Shown here piece by piece: positions 19,512 through 28,985 of a DNA stretch of 64,000 bases (the first letter of the stretch is position 1; the number at the start of each line of letters is the position of its first letter). The DNA is taken from NCBI GenBank assembly GCA_040902005.1, contig JBBDYA010000114.1, forward strand, positions 1 to 64,000. Reading direction: 5' to 3'. The position numbers and the translations under genes were made by a program. The notes under the pieces are model-generated. The model saw only the letters and a list, made by a program, of their open reading frames with translations, did not search any database and had not been told where the DNA came from. Source of the stretch: Gemmatimonadaceae bacterium (lineage in GTDB: Bacteria > Gemmatimonadota > Gemmatimonadetes > Gemmatimonadales > Gemmatimonadaceae).

Positions 19512-19702
19512 GTTGATTTCGTCCTTTCTTTTTTGTGATTTTCGACAGCTTGGAAATCTAACCCCGTGCGGGAATTGGGGCTACGACGCCACCGCCAGCG
19601 GAAATCGGACGGGCGACCGCGATCTCCTTGACTCTCGTGCGCGGCTTTCGGTCACCCGGTATGGAGGTTGAAACTGTAGCGCTGGTCAGGTTACGTCTGA
19701 GC

Positions 19703-20827
19703 ATGCCCAGGCGCTCCAATTCTCCCCATGCAGCGCGCTCGACGGTACCCGCCGTGAACACGCGAGCGAGCGCGGCCGGCACCACCCGCTATGCGGAGCG
19801 GTTCGCATCCGGCTTCGTTCCCGATTTCTTCCGCGCCTCGCGCGCGGGGCTCACACTCTCGTCCGTGGCCTTCGGCACGTACCTGGGCGACAGCGACGAC
19901 GCCACGGATGATCTGTACGCCGGATCGGCGCGCGAAGCGTTATCGAGCGGGATGAACGTGGTGGACACCGCGATCAACTACCGGTGTCAGCGGTCCGAGC
20001 GGGTGATCGGGCGCGTGCTCCAGGAACTGATGGGCGAAGGGGTGCTTCGTCGCGACGAGGTGGTGCTATGTACGAAGGCGGGATACGTCCCGATGGACGG
20101 CGCGCCGCCGGAGTCGCGTCAGGCGTACGAGCAGTATCTGCGCACCGAGTATTTCGATGCAGGGGTGCTGCGCCCGGAGGACCTGGTTGGCGGCGGTCAC
20201 TCGATCGCGCCCGCGTTTCTCGAGAACCAGCTGCGGCGCAGCATGCGCAACCTGGGCGTGCAGAGCATCGACTACTTCTACATCCACAATCCGGAGCATC
20301 AGCTCACGGCGATCACGCCGGCGGAGCTTTCGACGCGGCTGCGCGCGGCGTTCGAGACGCTGGAGAATCTCGTGGCCGAGGGCGCGATCGGCGCGTACGG
20401 ATGCGCCACGTGGAACGGGCTGCGGCTGCCCGCCGGAAGCAACGGACACCTGTCGCTGTACGAGCTGGCAGCGCTTGCCGGGGAGGTGGCCGGCACGGAC
20501 CACCATTTCCGGATTGCGCAGCTCCCGGTGAACCTGTCGATGTCGGAGGCGGTGCGGGTGTCCACGCAGCGGGGCGCGCGCGGGCGATTGGTGCACGTGG
20601 TGGACGCGGCGGCCGAGCTGGGGATCGACCTGGTGGTAAGCGCGCCGCTGTTGCAGGGGCAGCTGGCCGAGGGGATGCCCGATCAGGTGCGTGAGATGTT
20701 CCCCGGGAAGACGGACGCGCAGCGCGCGCTGTCGTTCGCGCGCGGAGTTCCGGCGGCCGTGACCGTGGCAGTGGGGACGAGGACCGCGGCTCACGTGCGG
20801 GAGAATCTCGCGGGCGTTCGCGTATGA
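19703..20827 (+). CDS. Aldo/keto reductase
   Basis: FGTYLG, DTAINYRCQRSE, LCTKAG, IDYFYIHNP. Confidence 0.88.
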   Translation: MPRRSNSPHAARSTVPAVNTRASAAGTTRYAERFASGFVPDFFRASRAGLTLSSVAFGTYLGDSDDATDDLYAGSAREALSSGMNVVDTAINYRCQRSERVIGRVLQELMGEGVLRRDEVVLCTKAGYVPMDGAPPESRQAYEQYLRTEYFDAGVLRPEDLVGGGHSIAPAFLENQLRRSMRNLGVQSIDYFYIHNPEHQLTAITPAELSTRLRAAFETLENLVAEGAIGAYGCATWNGLRLPAGSNGHLSLYELAALAGEVAGTDHHFRIAQLPVNLSMSEAVRVSTQRGARGRLVHVVDAAAELGIDLVVSAPLLQGQLAEGMPDQVREMFPGKTDAQRALSFARGVPAAVTVAVGTRTAAHVRENLAGVRV

Positions 20828-20885
20828 CGCGGATGTACGCGGATGGACGCGGATGCACGCGGATGACGCGGATTTACGCGGATGC
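20827..20885 (+). repeat. Six tandem ACGCGGAT(N1-2) repeats
   Basis: Units start at 20827, 20837, 20847, 20857, 20866, 20876. Confidence 0.9.
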
Positions 20886-21157
20886 GCCCGTTTGCGGGGC
20901 GGGCTGTCGGGTGATCGCCCCCCTCTGACCGGTGGCTCGCCACTGGTCGTGAGCCGGTCCGCGCCGTACGTTCTGTACCCCGCCCCGACGGCGCCCGGAT
21001 GTGATCGGCTAAGTGCAGATTCCGCGCGTTGTTACGTACCGGAGTGACGGGAGCGCCGAGGCGAGTAACGCCATGTTGACGGCGGGGGCGCAGCTTCGGT
21101 GCGGAGATTCGGGTCAGGCGACAAAGTCAGTCCAGCACTTCTACCAGGAGTACGGCA

Positions 21158-21829
21158 ATGAGGGCGCAACAGGGCAGGAAGCGTGGATTCACGCTCGTTG
21201 AAACCGTGGTTACAGTTGGGATCATTGCCGCACTTGCGGCTGTGGTGTACCCGAGCGTCGTGAAACAGTTCGACAGTGCCGATCCCACCAAAGTTGCGGA
21301 GGATCTCAACAGCATTCGCACCGGAATGGAGATGTTTGGTGTGAACGTAAGGCCGCAGTCGCCGGGTGACATTGAGGATCTTCTCATTCAGCCTGACGGC
21401 GCCGACTTCAGCTCGGTGGGCGTGGCCTATACCGCGTCCGAACAAGCGTCCTGGAATGGCCCATATCTGACTGCTTCCGTGTCGCCAGCGATAGGGCAGT
21501 ACGACGCCGCAATTGTGACCGGTTTCGGTGGTACAATAGTCAACCGAACACCGCTGTTCGATCTCACTGAGGCGGGCGAGTTCACAGTGTCTGGAGACAC
21601 GCTATACGACGTGAGTCCAACGACAGACGCGTCGTTCGTTGCGGTACGTATTACCGGACTGAGCGGCGTCGCCTTCAATGCCGTAAACCTGTTACTCGAC
21701 GGTCCGAACGAGGATGACGTTACTGAGCGGCGGACGCTCGGCAGACTGAGGTGCCCTCAAGTGGCCTACGCGGATAACGACGCAAGCTGTGCAAACGCGT
21801 ATTATCTGGCTGTACCGACCCGTCAATAG
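21158..21829 (+). CDS. Type IV pilin / GspG-like prepilin 1
   Basis: RKRG|FTLVE class III signal, hydrophobic helix, WNGPYL, C-terminal Cys pair; AGGAG RBS. Confidence 0.9.
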   Translation: MRAQQGRKRGFTLVETVVTVGIIAALAAVVYPSVVKQFDSADPTKVAEDLNSIRTGMEMFGVNVRPQSPGDIEDLLIQPDGADFSSVGVAYTASEQASWNGPYLTASVSPAIGQYDAAIVTGFGGTIVNRTPLFDLTEAGEFTVSGDTLYDVSPTTDASFVAVRITGLSGVAFNAVNLLLDGPNEDDVTERRTLGRLRCPQVAYADNDASCANAYYLAVPTRQ

Positions 21830-21941
21830 GACCTGATTCTGTCTATCGCTCGCCGCGGACCATTCTCCGCGGCGAGCCTCTTCTGCCTGATCGTGTATAG
21901 TCCGATGGGCACCCGCACTCAGGCATGTAGTGGTTGAAGAA

Positions 21942-22523
21942 ATGAGACGTCGCACCGGCTTCATGCTGATCGAGATCGTTGTTGCGATCGCGATTCTTCT
22001 GCTGCTCGCCGCCGCGATTACGCCGGTTTTGCTCGGCGGCATCGACGCGGCGCGCATCGAGACAGGCTCCAAGGTGCTGGCCAACGTCGCCGCCGCCGTG
22101 CAGGCGTTCGACGACGACATCGGTTCAGGCGCGGGTCCGCTAGCGAATCGATCCGAGTACCCCGGCGAACTGACGCAACTCGTGACGGCGGTCACGACGG
22201 CGCAGGACAACGTCTGCAACCGCGCGTACGACACCGGTGACGTGGGCGCGTGGAACGGACCCTACCTCGCGCAGTCCGTGGCGCCCACCGGAATCAAGGC
22301 AGCGATCGGAACGATCAACAACACCACCGTCCTCCTGAACGCCACGACGATGGCGCTGCGGGTTCCCCTCGTGACGTTCGAGGACGCGGTGGCGTTGAAC
22401 GACCTCGTGGACGGAGATGGCAACACGGTGACCGGATCGCCCACCGGAAGCGTCCGGTTCGGTGCGGCGGATGGTGACGGACTGGTGACCGTGGATTACG
22501 CGGTGCCGATCCAGTCCTGCTGA
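21942..22523 (+). CDS. Type IV pilin / GspG-like prepilin 2
   Basis: RRRTG|FMLIE, YPGELTQL, WNGPYL, terminal Cys. Confidence 0.9.
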   Translation: MRRRTGFMLIEIVVAIAILLLLAAAITPVLLGGIDAARIETGSKVLANVAAAVQAFDDDIGSGAGPLANRSEYPGELTQLVTAVTTAQDNVCNRAYDTGDVGAWNGPYLAQSVAPTGIKAAIGTINNTTVLLNATTMALRVPLVTFEDAVALNDLVDGDGNTVTGSPTGSVRFGAADGDGLVTVDYAVPIQSC

Positions 22524-23113
22524 TGGACCGCCGCCGGATTCGTCTCCGTCCGACTCTGGTCGCGCGACGCGGCTTCACGCTCGCGGAGGTCATTGTCAGC
22601 CTGATACTCATCGCTGCGCTCGGCGCGGTGCTGGTGCCGCAAGTGGTACAGCGCCTGCGCGATGGTCAGGCGGCCGCGATCGCGAACAACCTGAACGGCA
22701 TCCGGACGGCACTGCTCGAGTACCGCAAGGCGATCGGACGGTATCCGTCGCAGCTCGCGTATCTGGCGACGCAGCCCACCCCGGGAGCCACGGATCTGTG
22801 CGCGCGCAACGTTCCGATCGATTGGAGCGCGATGTGGCGAGGTCCGTACCTCCAGCAGGCAATCGGGGCGAGCGGCGTGAGCGTCAGAGACGCGACAATT
22901 CTCAATGCGCTCCGGCGTGAACCGGCCACCATTCCCCTGGGGCTGCTCGCCAACTTGTTCATCGACGTAACGAGCGTGGACCAGGACGTGGCGGAGATCA
23001 TCGAGCGAAGCTTCGATCCCACGGTCGATTTCGCCGCGGGAACGATTCGCTGGGTGGCGACGGGCGGCGGGCAGGGAACGCTCAGCCTCGTGATGCCCGT
23101 GAGGGGATGCTGA
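22523..23113 (+). CDS. Type IV pilin / GspG-like prepilin 3
   Basis: ARRG|FTLAE, GRYPSQL, WRGPYL, terminal Cys; TGATG coupling. Confidence 0.9.
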   Translation: MDRRRIRLRPTLVARRGFTLAEVIVSLILIAALGAVLVPQVVQRLRDGQAAAIANNLNGIRTALLEYRKAIGRYPSQLAYLATQPTPGATDLCARNVPIDWSAMWRGPYLQQAIGASGVSVRDATILNALRREPATIPLGLLANLFIDVTSVDQDVAEIIERSFDPTVDFAAGTIRWVATGGGQGTLSLVMPVRGC

Positions 23114-23128
23114 TTCGGCCCAGCCGGG

Positions 23129-23695
23129 CTATGCACGCTCCGCGTCGCGAAGTTCACGAACGGAATCCAGTATCCCCGGCTGGTCCTTTGCCGCGGCCAG
23201 CGGCTCCAGCCTTCCCAGGATAGCCTCCCAGTCGAGCTGGTTGCCGCGGCGCCTGGCAATGCCAACCAGGTCGGCCCGGTCGCGCGGCCGGTCGGCGAAC
23301 GCCTTGAGCACGAACAGGTCTTCGGCGCTGCACAGCCGGAGAGTGGTACCTGGTTCCAGCTCAGCCAGCGCCGCGCGGTCGATCATTTCCGATTCGAATG
23401 GCAGCGCCGCAAGGGCAACGTCCACTTCGATGCCCTGTGACGTTGCCAGCAGGAGCACCCGGTGCACCAGCGCGAATGCGCGCGCATCCGCGATGCGGCC
23501 CGCGTACGCGCCGAGCAGTGCGTCGACGACCGCTTCCTCACCACCGAATCCGGTGAAGACGGAGATGTCGATATCGCGAGTTGTGCGGGGCTCGCCCCAG
23601 TGTTGCACCGCGATGCCCCCGATGAAGCAGAAGCGCAATTTCCGCGAGTCCAGCGCCGTCTGGAGGGCCGCGGCCTCGCGAAAGAGATGGATCAC
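23129..23695 (-). CDS. Nucleotidyltransferase, AbiEii-like putative toxin
   Basis: FIGGIAV..WGEPRTTRDID NTase motif, SAEDLFVLK...RPRDRAD; GTGA overlap with upstream small gene. Confidence 0.78.
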   Translation of the reverse strand: MIHLFREAAALQTALDSRKLRFCFIGGIAVQHWGEPRTTRDIDISVFTGFGGEEAVVDALLGAYAGRIADARAFALVHRVLLLATSQGIEVDVALAALPFESEMIDRAALAELEPGTTLRLCSAEDLFVLKAFADRPRDRADLVGIARRRGNQLDWEAILGRLEPLAAAKDQPGILDSVRELRDAERA

Positions 23696-23925
23696 CGCCG
23701 CAGCCGCTGAAAGATCGCCTGCTGCATCACGAGTCCGGATGTCTCGGTACGCGGGGCGCCGCGCACGGCGGCGTCGAATGCATCGGCGAGCTGCCGCAAT
23801 GCGTCCGCCGTCCGAAGCCGGCGCAGTTCGTCCCGCTTGACGGATGCCAGTGCCGGACCGGCGTTGCGCCAGGTCTCCACCCAGCGGCGCAGATCGGCGG
23901 AAGCGGATGGTGTTGGGCGAACCAT
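23692..23925 (-). CDS. Small protein, putative cognate antitoxin
   Basis: 77 aa (MVRP...RRWVETWRNAGPALASVKRDELRRL...SGLVMQQAIFQRLRR) coupled to the NTase; TATCTT -10 6 nt upstream. Confidence 0.65.
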   Translation of the reverse strand: MVRPTPSASADLRRWVETWRNAGPALASVKRDELRRLRTADALRQLADAFDAAVRGAPRTETSGLVMQQAIFQRLRR

Positions 23926-23975
23926 GCGCGAAAGATAAACCGTGTCAAGTTGCCCAATGGATGCATCGATCGCCT

Positions 23976-26900
23976 TCAGGGCGCATCCGATCCCGACGGT
24001 CCGACGAGCATGGCGCGCGCACCGAAAACCCAGGCTCGATCGCCTGTTGCCCGCCCGCCAATCCATGCCTGGACCTTCGCCGCGTGGCTTGGCGTGATGA
24101 TTCGCAGCGTTGAGCGCCAGCGCCGCTGTCCATCCACGAAGAACGTGACGGTCGAATCGGCCTCGATGAACAGGCGCACGTCTACCGACGCACCGACCCC
24201 GGGCGCGGGCTCCGTGTGCACTTCGCGTCCCACGGAATAGACGAAGCGCCGTGGGTCGGCGGTCCAGGTGAACGACGCATGGCGCAGAAACTGCGGCGCG
24301 ATGGCGTCGATCGTCTCCTCGGTTTCCGGAGCGACGAGTGCCACGTTCACGCTGGTGGCGGCATCGCCGCCGCTCTCACCCGGCAGGGCCAGAGAAGCGG
24401 AAAGTTCGAGCGAAGGCAGCAACGGAAACGCCGAGCGCGACAACACGCCGCTGTCCGATTCCCTGTCCGCGCCGAGCGAGAGCGCGGATCGGCCGCTCAC
24501 ACTGCCGGCCCACGGACGCGGCTCTCCCAAGGCGTGCCACCGCGGGGTGACGTCGCGGCCGTTGAATGACGTCAGCGGTACCGGCTCCGAACCGATGCGC
24601 ACGAACGCCGTATCCGATCGCCAGCGTCCCACGTTCGCGACGATTTGTGCGAGACCGGACCGCCTCGCGATCAACGTGCGCCGCGTGGCCGTGCTGTCCA
24701 CGGCCGGCGCGAGTATCGAAAGCGACGTGTCCATCGCCACCCATCGCACGGCATGGGCGCCGATGGAGTCGTCGAGCTGGTCGAGCGCGACGAGGGTGAG
24801 CATCGCTGAATCTCCGATCCCCGACACTCCCCCCCCCTGTACGTGCACGCGAACGCGGTCGAGATAACGCGCCTGCCCGCCACGCCAGTGCACAAGCGAC
24901 AGGTTGGCGCCGCCGATGCGCACGGCGTCGCCGCCGAGTCGGGGCATCACGTACACGCCCGCGACGCCACCGCGCGTGGACTCGAAGCCGATCAATCGTC
25001 CGTTGGGAGCGAAGGCCGCGCGATCGTCCTGCGCGGGATCTCGTGTGAGCCTCCAGAGGCGATTATCGCGAACGCCGTATGCGTAGAGCTCCGCATTGCC
25101 ATCGCGCATGCTGGTGAAGGCGAGCAGTTCCCCGTCGCCGGACCAGGCAATGTGCTGATCATCGGACGGATGCCGACTCACGTTCTCCATGCCGCTTCCG
25201 TCGGAGAAGCTCACGAAGACCTCGCTCTGCCGATCGCTTCCCGCCAGCGCGACCCACGCGATGCGCGAGCCGTCGGGAGACCACGCGGCTTCCGTCACTG
25301 TATGGCGCTGCGCGGTGTCGATCGGAGCGACGATGTTGCCGGCGATGTGGTGCGCGTAGAGACCGGTGGTGTAGCCGCCGCTAGGCAGGGCGTGACTGCC
25401 GATCGCGAGAAGCCAGCGGCTGTCCGGTGACCAGCCCGCGCCGACCGCATCGGCAAAAGTCGGCAGAATCGGGAGGGTGTCGCGGCGGTCCGCCGTGATG
25501 ACGTACAGTCTGGTGCCCTCGGCTGTGACTCGGCTGGCGGCGACGTACTGCGCGTTCGGCGCCGCGACGCCGTTGCCCCATGGCCGGCTAAGCGAGTCCA
25601 GCCAGACGGGACGCGACGGCGCCGGCGCGGCGCGCGCGGACAGGGTGAAGCCGGCCCGGAGATCACCGGTCACAAGTCGCAGCGTTCGTCCACCATCGCC
25701 GTCAGCGACGACAAGTGTATCGGTCGCGGACGTCGTTGCCGCTCTCGTCAGGTCACTTCGCGGCGCCAGCGTCACTGCGGAGATGACGAGTGTGGCAACG
25801 GCGGCGCCCAGCAGGAACCGCCAGTGCGGAAGCGCGCGTTCCCACCGTGTGGGTATCGGACCCGGTGGCGCTGCCTCGACGTGCGTCGGCTCCGAACTCG
25901 CAGGGACGGCCGCGGCACCGTTCGCGGCAGCGGTGGACGAAGCGGGGGTCGCGATTCGCCGCTGCCCGGCGCCAATCGCGGTCAGGTACGATTCGATTTC
26001 CTCGCGCTCTCCTGGCGCCTGCGCGAAGGCGCGCGCCGTGCGCAGAAACTGCAATCCTTCCGGCAGGGCTCCGAATGCCAGGGCATGAAACGCGGCTTTG
26101 CGCGCGCTGTCGAACGCCTCACGGGGGTTTCCCGCCAGTGCATGGAAACGCGCGAGTTCAGCGGGGGCCGCGTGGGGTTCCCGGGTGAACGCCTCGGCAA
26201 TCCACCCCCCGAGAAATGCGCGGGTGGCCTGCTCCGCGCTCGCCAGCACGACGTCGGAGGCAAGGTCCGTCGCGACGATGCCATCGGACAGGACCTCGAC
26301 CAGACCCTCGCGCTCCAGCGTTCCCACCAGCTCCGCCGCGGCAATCGAGGACACGTGCGCGGCGGCGGCTGCGGAGTCGCGGTGCACCGGGCGGCCTATC
26401 ATCGCAATCACCAGCAGAAGGCGTCGCTGGGCAGAGGAGAGGCGTTGCAGTCGATCGGCGATCAGATCGCGCATCGGCACGGGCAACTCGCCCAGTTCGT
26501 CGCCGCTCATCGCCCGCCGTGCAAGTTCGGCGAGCGATGCGGGAATCCCCTCAGCGCGCCGCGCGACACGATCGGCAATCCGCTCCGCCACGCCAGCCGC
26601 CGTCAGTGCCGGACGCACGGCGGAGAGCGACGCCTCGAGACTGAGCGGGGCGAGCGTCAACCGTCGCGCGCGGTCACCGTGCGGCGGCGCGCTGTTGTCC
26701 GTTGGCAGCGCCAGCGCACGGAGCCGCGCGAGCAACGCCGCTCCGGCTTGCGACGCGCGCGCGGTGACCACGAACATCACGGCCGAGCCAGCCAGCCTTG
26801 CGCTGAGGTAGAAGAGGAGATCGAGGGACGAGGGCGCGATGCTGTGCGCATCTTCCACCACGAGCATGATGCGCTGTTCGTACGCGGCGGCATCGATGAG

Positions 26901-28067
26901 CGCCGCGATCCCCTCGAAGAATCGAAGGCGCGCCGCCTCATCCTCCACGTCACTCACGGCCGGCAGGTCGAAGCTGTCGCGAAGGTCCGGGAGGAGACGC
27001 GCGGCCTCGGCGAGCAGATGACGGCTGGCGCCCGCGATCCCTGGGGCGCGGACGAGCGGGCGAAGTGCTTCGGCGAAGACACCGAGGGGCAACTGGGCGC
27101 CGGCAGGCCGCTCGCGACCGGTGAGCACGAGCGCGCGACCAAGGGTCCTCGCGTGGCTCGCGAGTTCGCGCGTCAGGCGGGACTTGCCAGTACCGGGGTC
27201 ACCTTCGATGAGCGCAAATGCGCCGGAGTCTTCACCGGTGCCGCGCCACAACGCGAGCAACTGCGATAGCTCGGCTTCGCGTCCGGCGAACGCGAGAAGG
27301 TCGGGCGAGCCCGTCGAGCCGGCAGCGGCGGGCCGTTCCGCGATCTGCCGTTGCAGGCGCGCGCCCAGTGCCTGAAGCTCTGGCGGGAGCGGTATTCCGA
27401 GCTCGGCGTCGAGGCGCTGGCCGAACTGCTGGAGCAGCTCGCGCGCCTCGATCCCCCGTCCCGCGGACACCAGCGTGGTGGCCGCGAGTTCCGCCGCCTG
27501 GGCATCGAAGGGCGCCACGCCAAGGAGTCGATTCGACCGCGCGATGGCGTCTGGCCAGTTCCCCGCATCGGCGGCGCGCGCCACCCCGTCGTGCAGGAGC
27601 TGACGGGCCCGGGCACGGAAGCGGGCGCGCTCCTGGTCGGCCCAGGAATCGAACGCCGGCTCGCCAAGCTCGCTCCTTTCCAGGTACTCACCCGAGTACA
27701 GCTCCAGCGCTTCATCGAGGCGCCCCGCGATAGCGGCCGCCTCGAACTGGGCATTGTCAATCCAGAGTTCGGCCGAGGGCACGAGTCGAACCCATTCGCG
27801 GTCTGGCGGGAGCAGATCCTCGCCGAGTGCGCCGCGGAGCCGGTGCAAAGCCTGCCGGAAGGTGTTCCGTGCCTTCGCCGGGTCGGTGTCGCGCCACAGC
27901 AGGTCGACAACCTCCTCCCTGGGCGCCTCGTGTCGTATGGAGAGGAAGCAGAGTAATGCGAGCGGCTTACCCCACCCCATGCCCTGGGGTGTCTGGCCGG
28001 CCTCGTCAGTGAGCGACGGGACGCCAAATGTGCGGAGCCGCAGCCGACCGGCAGTGACGCGTACCAA
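23976..28067 (-). CDS. SARP wHTH-BTAD + STAND AAA ATPase + TM + TolB-like beta-propeller + beta-sandwich regulator
   Basis: KPLALLCFL..REEVVDLLW..RNTFRQALHRLR; BTAD LELYSGEYL/FDSW; FAGREAEL, Walker A GDPGTGKS, Walker B VVEDAH; TM LLGAAVATLVISAV; WSPDG-type repeats. Confidence 0.88.
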   Translation of the reverse strand: MVRVTAGRLRLRTFGVPSLTDEAGQTPQGMGWGKPLALLCFLSIRHEAPREEVVDLLWRDTDPAKARNTFRQALHRLRGALGEDLLPPDREWVRLVPSAELWIDNAQFEAAAIAGRLDEALELYSGEYLERSELGEPAFDSWADQERARFRARARQLLHDGVARAADAGNWPDAIARSNRLLGVAPFDAQAAELAATTLVSAGRGIEARELLQQFGQRLDAELGIPLPPELQALGARLQRQIAERPAAAGSTGSPDLLAFAGREAELSQLLALWRGTGEDSGAFALIEGDPGTGKSRLTRELASHARTLGRALVLTGRERPAGAQLPLGVFAEALRPLVRAPGIAGASRHLLAEAARLLPDLRDSFDLPAVSDVEDEAARLRFFEGIAALIDAAAYEQRIMLVVEDAHSIAPSSLDLLFYLSARLAGSAVMFVVTARASQAGAALLARLRALALPTDNSAPPHGDRARRLTLAPLSLEASLSAVRPALTAAGVAERIADRVARRAEGIPASLAELARRAMSGDELGELPVPMRDLIADRLQRLSSAQRRLLLVIAMIGRPVHRDSAAAAAHVSSIAAAELVGTLEREGLVEVLSDGIVATDLASDVVLASAEQATRAFLGGWIAEAFTREPHAAPAELARFHALAGNPREAFDSARKAAFHALAFGALPEGLQFLRTARAFAQAPGEREEIESYLTAIGAGQRRIATPASSTAAANGAAAVPASSEPTHVEAAPPGPIPTRWERALPHWRFLLGAAVATLVISAVTLAPRSDLTRAATTSATDTLVVADGDGGRTLRLVTGDLRAGFTLSARAAPAPSRPVWLDSLSRPWGNGVAAPNAQYVAASRVTAEGTRLYVITADRRDTLPILPTFADAVGAGWSPDSRWLLAIGSHALPSGGYTTGLYAHHIAGNIVAPIDTAQRHTVTEAAWSPDGSRIAWVALAGSDRQSEVFVSFSDGSGMENVSRHPSDDQHIAWSGDGELLAFTSMRDGNAELYAYGVRDNRLWRLTRDPAQDDRAAFAPNGRLIGFESTRGGVAGVYVMPRLGGDAVRIGGANLSLVHWRGGQARYLDRVRVHVQGGGVSGIGDSAMLTLVALDQLDDSIGAHAVRWVAMDTSLSILAPAVDSTATRRTLIARRSGLAQIVANVGRWRSDTAFVRIGSEPVPLTSFNGRDVTPRWHALGEPRPWAGSVSGRSALSLGADRESDSGVLSRSAFPLLPSLELSASLALPGESGGDAATSVNVALVAPETEETIDAIAPQFLRHASFTWTADPRRFVYSVGREVHTEPAPGVGASVDVRLFIEADSTVTFFVDGQRRWRSTLRIITPSHAAKVQAWIGGRATGDRAWVFGARAMLVGPSGSDAP

Positions 28068-28304
28068 TGTAAGTCGTTTAGTGATATAGTGTTACAGAAT
28101 CGTTACTCTACATGATGATGGTATAACATGGCGGATTGGGAGTGGAAAGCAACTTCGCCATGGAAAAGGGACCAGCCAGCGGCATCGTCAGCCGGCCTCA
28201 GGCAGTAGTAACGGCGGAGGCCTGAGGGCTGATGGGCCGGTGACGACCGGGTGCGACCTTGAAGGTCAATAATCGTCAATTGTGGACCGCCACACCGGGA
28301 TCCC

Positions 28305-28919
28305 ATGGCCAGAATGTCTCAGCACGCGCAGGGAAAAGCACCGTCAAAGCGACGTCACGTTCGCGGGTTCACGCTCGCGGAGATCCTGATCGCGCTGGCG
28401 CTGATCGCGATTCTCGCGGCGGTGCTGCTGCCGACCGTGGCCGGCCAGATCCTGAAGGGAGATGCCGCACGGGTGATGCAGGATCTCGACGCCGTAAGAA
28501 GCGGTATGGACCAGTTTCTCGCTGACGTACACAGGTATCCTGGCAAGTACTCCGACCTGACCAAGGCGGTCGTTGCCAACGACGTTGCCGACCATTCGGA
28601 CATCAACGGCAATGCATATACGCCGGGCTTGGCTGGCAGATGGAGCGGGCCGTACGTCACGAAGGACACGATGAGCGGCGTCGTTGAGACCGGCTTTGGC
28701 GGAACAATTCACAACGTGTTCGTCAAGCGGCCGAACACCAACAATGTGGACTACGTCACTGTGCGGATCTTCGGGATCACCGAGGCGGATTTTCTCCGGA
28801 TCGACGAACAGATTGATGGCCCCAGCGCGACCGCCACCATTGCAAAGGAAACGGGTCTCTTCAGGTTCACGGCGGGGGTGGTAGATACGGTGAAGTTTCT
28901 CGCGACGCCGATTCAGTAG
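28305..28919 (+). CDS. Type IV pilin / GspG-like prepilin 4
   Basis: HVRG|FTLAE, HRYPGKYSDL, WSGPYV, TGFGGTIHN. Confidence 0.9.
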   Translation: MARMSQHAQGKAPSKRRHVRGFTLAEILIALALIAILAAVLLPTVAGQILKGDAARVMQDLDAVRSGMDQFLADVHRYPGKYSDLTKAVVANDVADHSDINGNAYTPGLAGRWSGPYVTKDTMSGVVETGFGGTIHNVFVKRPNTNNVDYVTVRIFGITEADFLRIDEQIDGPSATATIAKETGLFRFTAGVVDTVKFLATPIQ

Positions 28920-28985
28920 TCATTGACGCAAGCGATCATTCACGCATTTTCCGGTAGCTCACTACACAAGTTCAGGAGACAACGC

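Noticed and set aside
20827..20885. Possible CRISPR array (also 43952-44007)
   Set aside because: Units are 7-10 bp with no unique spacers and there are no cas genes.
28130..28304. c-di-GMP riboswitch upstream of pilins (also 41064-41160 leader)
   Set aside because: Hairpins are possible but I could not match the conserved GEMM motifs; an Infernal/Rfam scan would be decisive.
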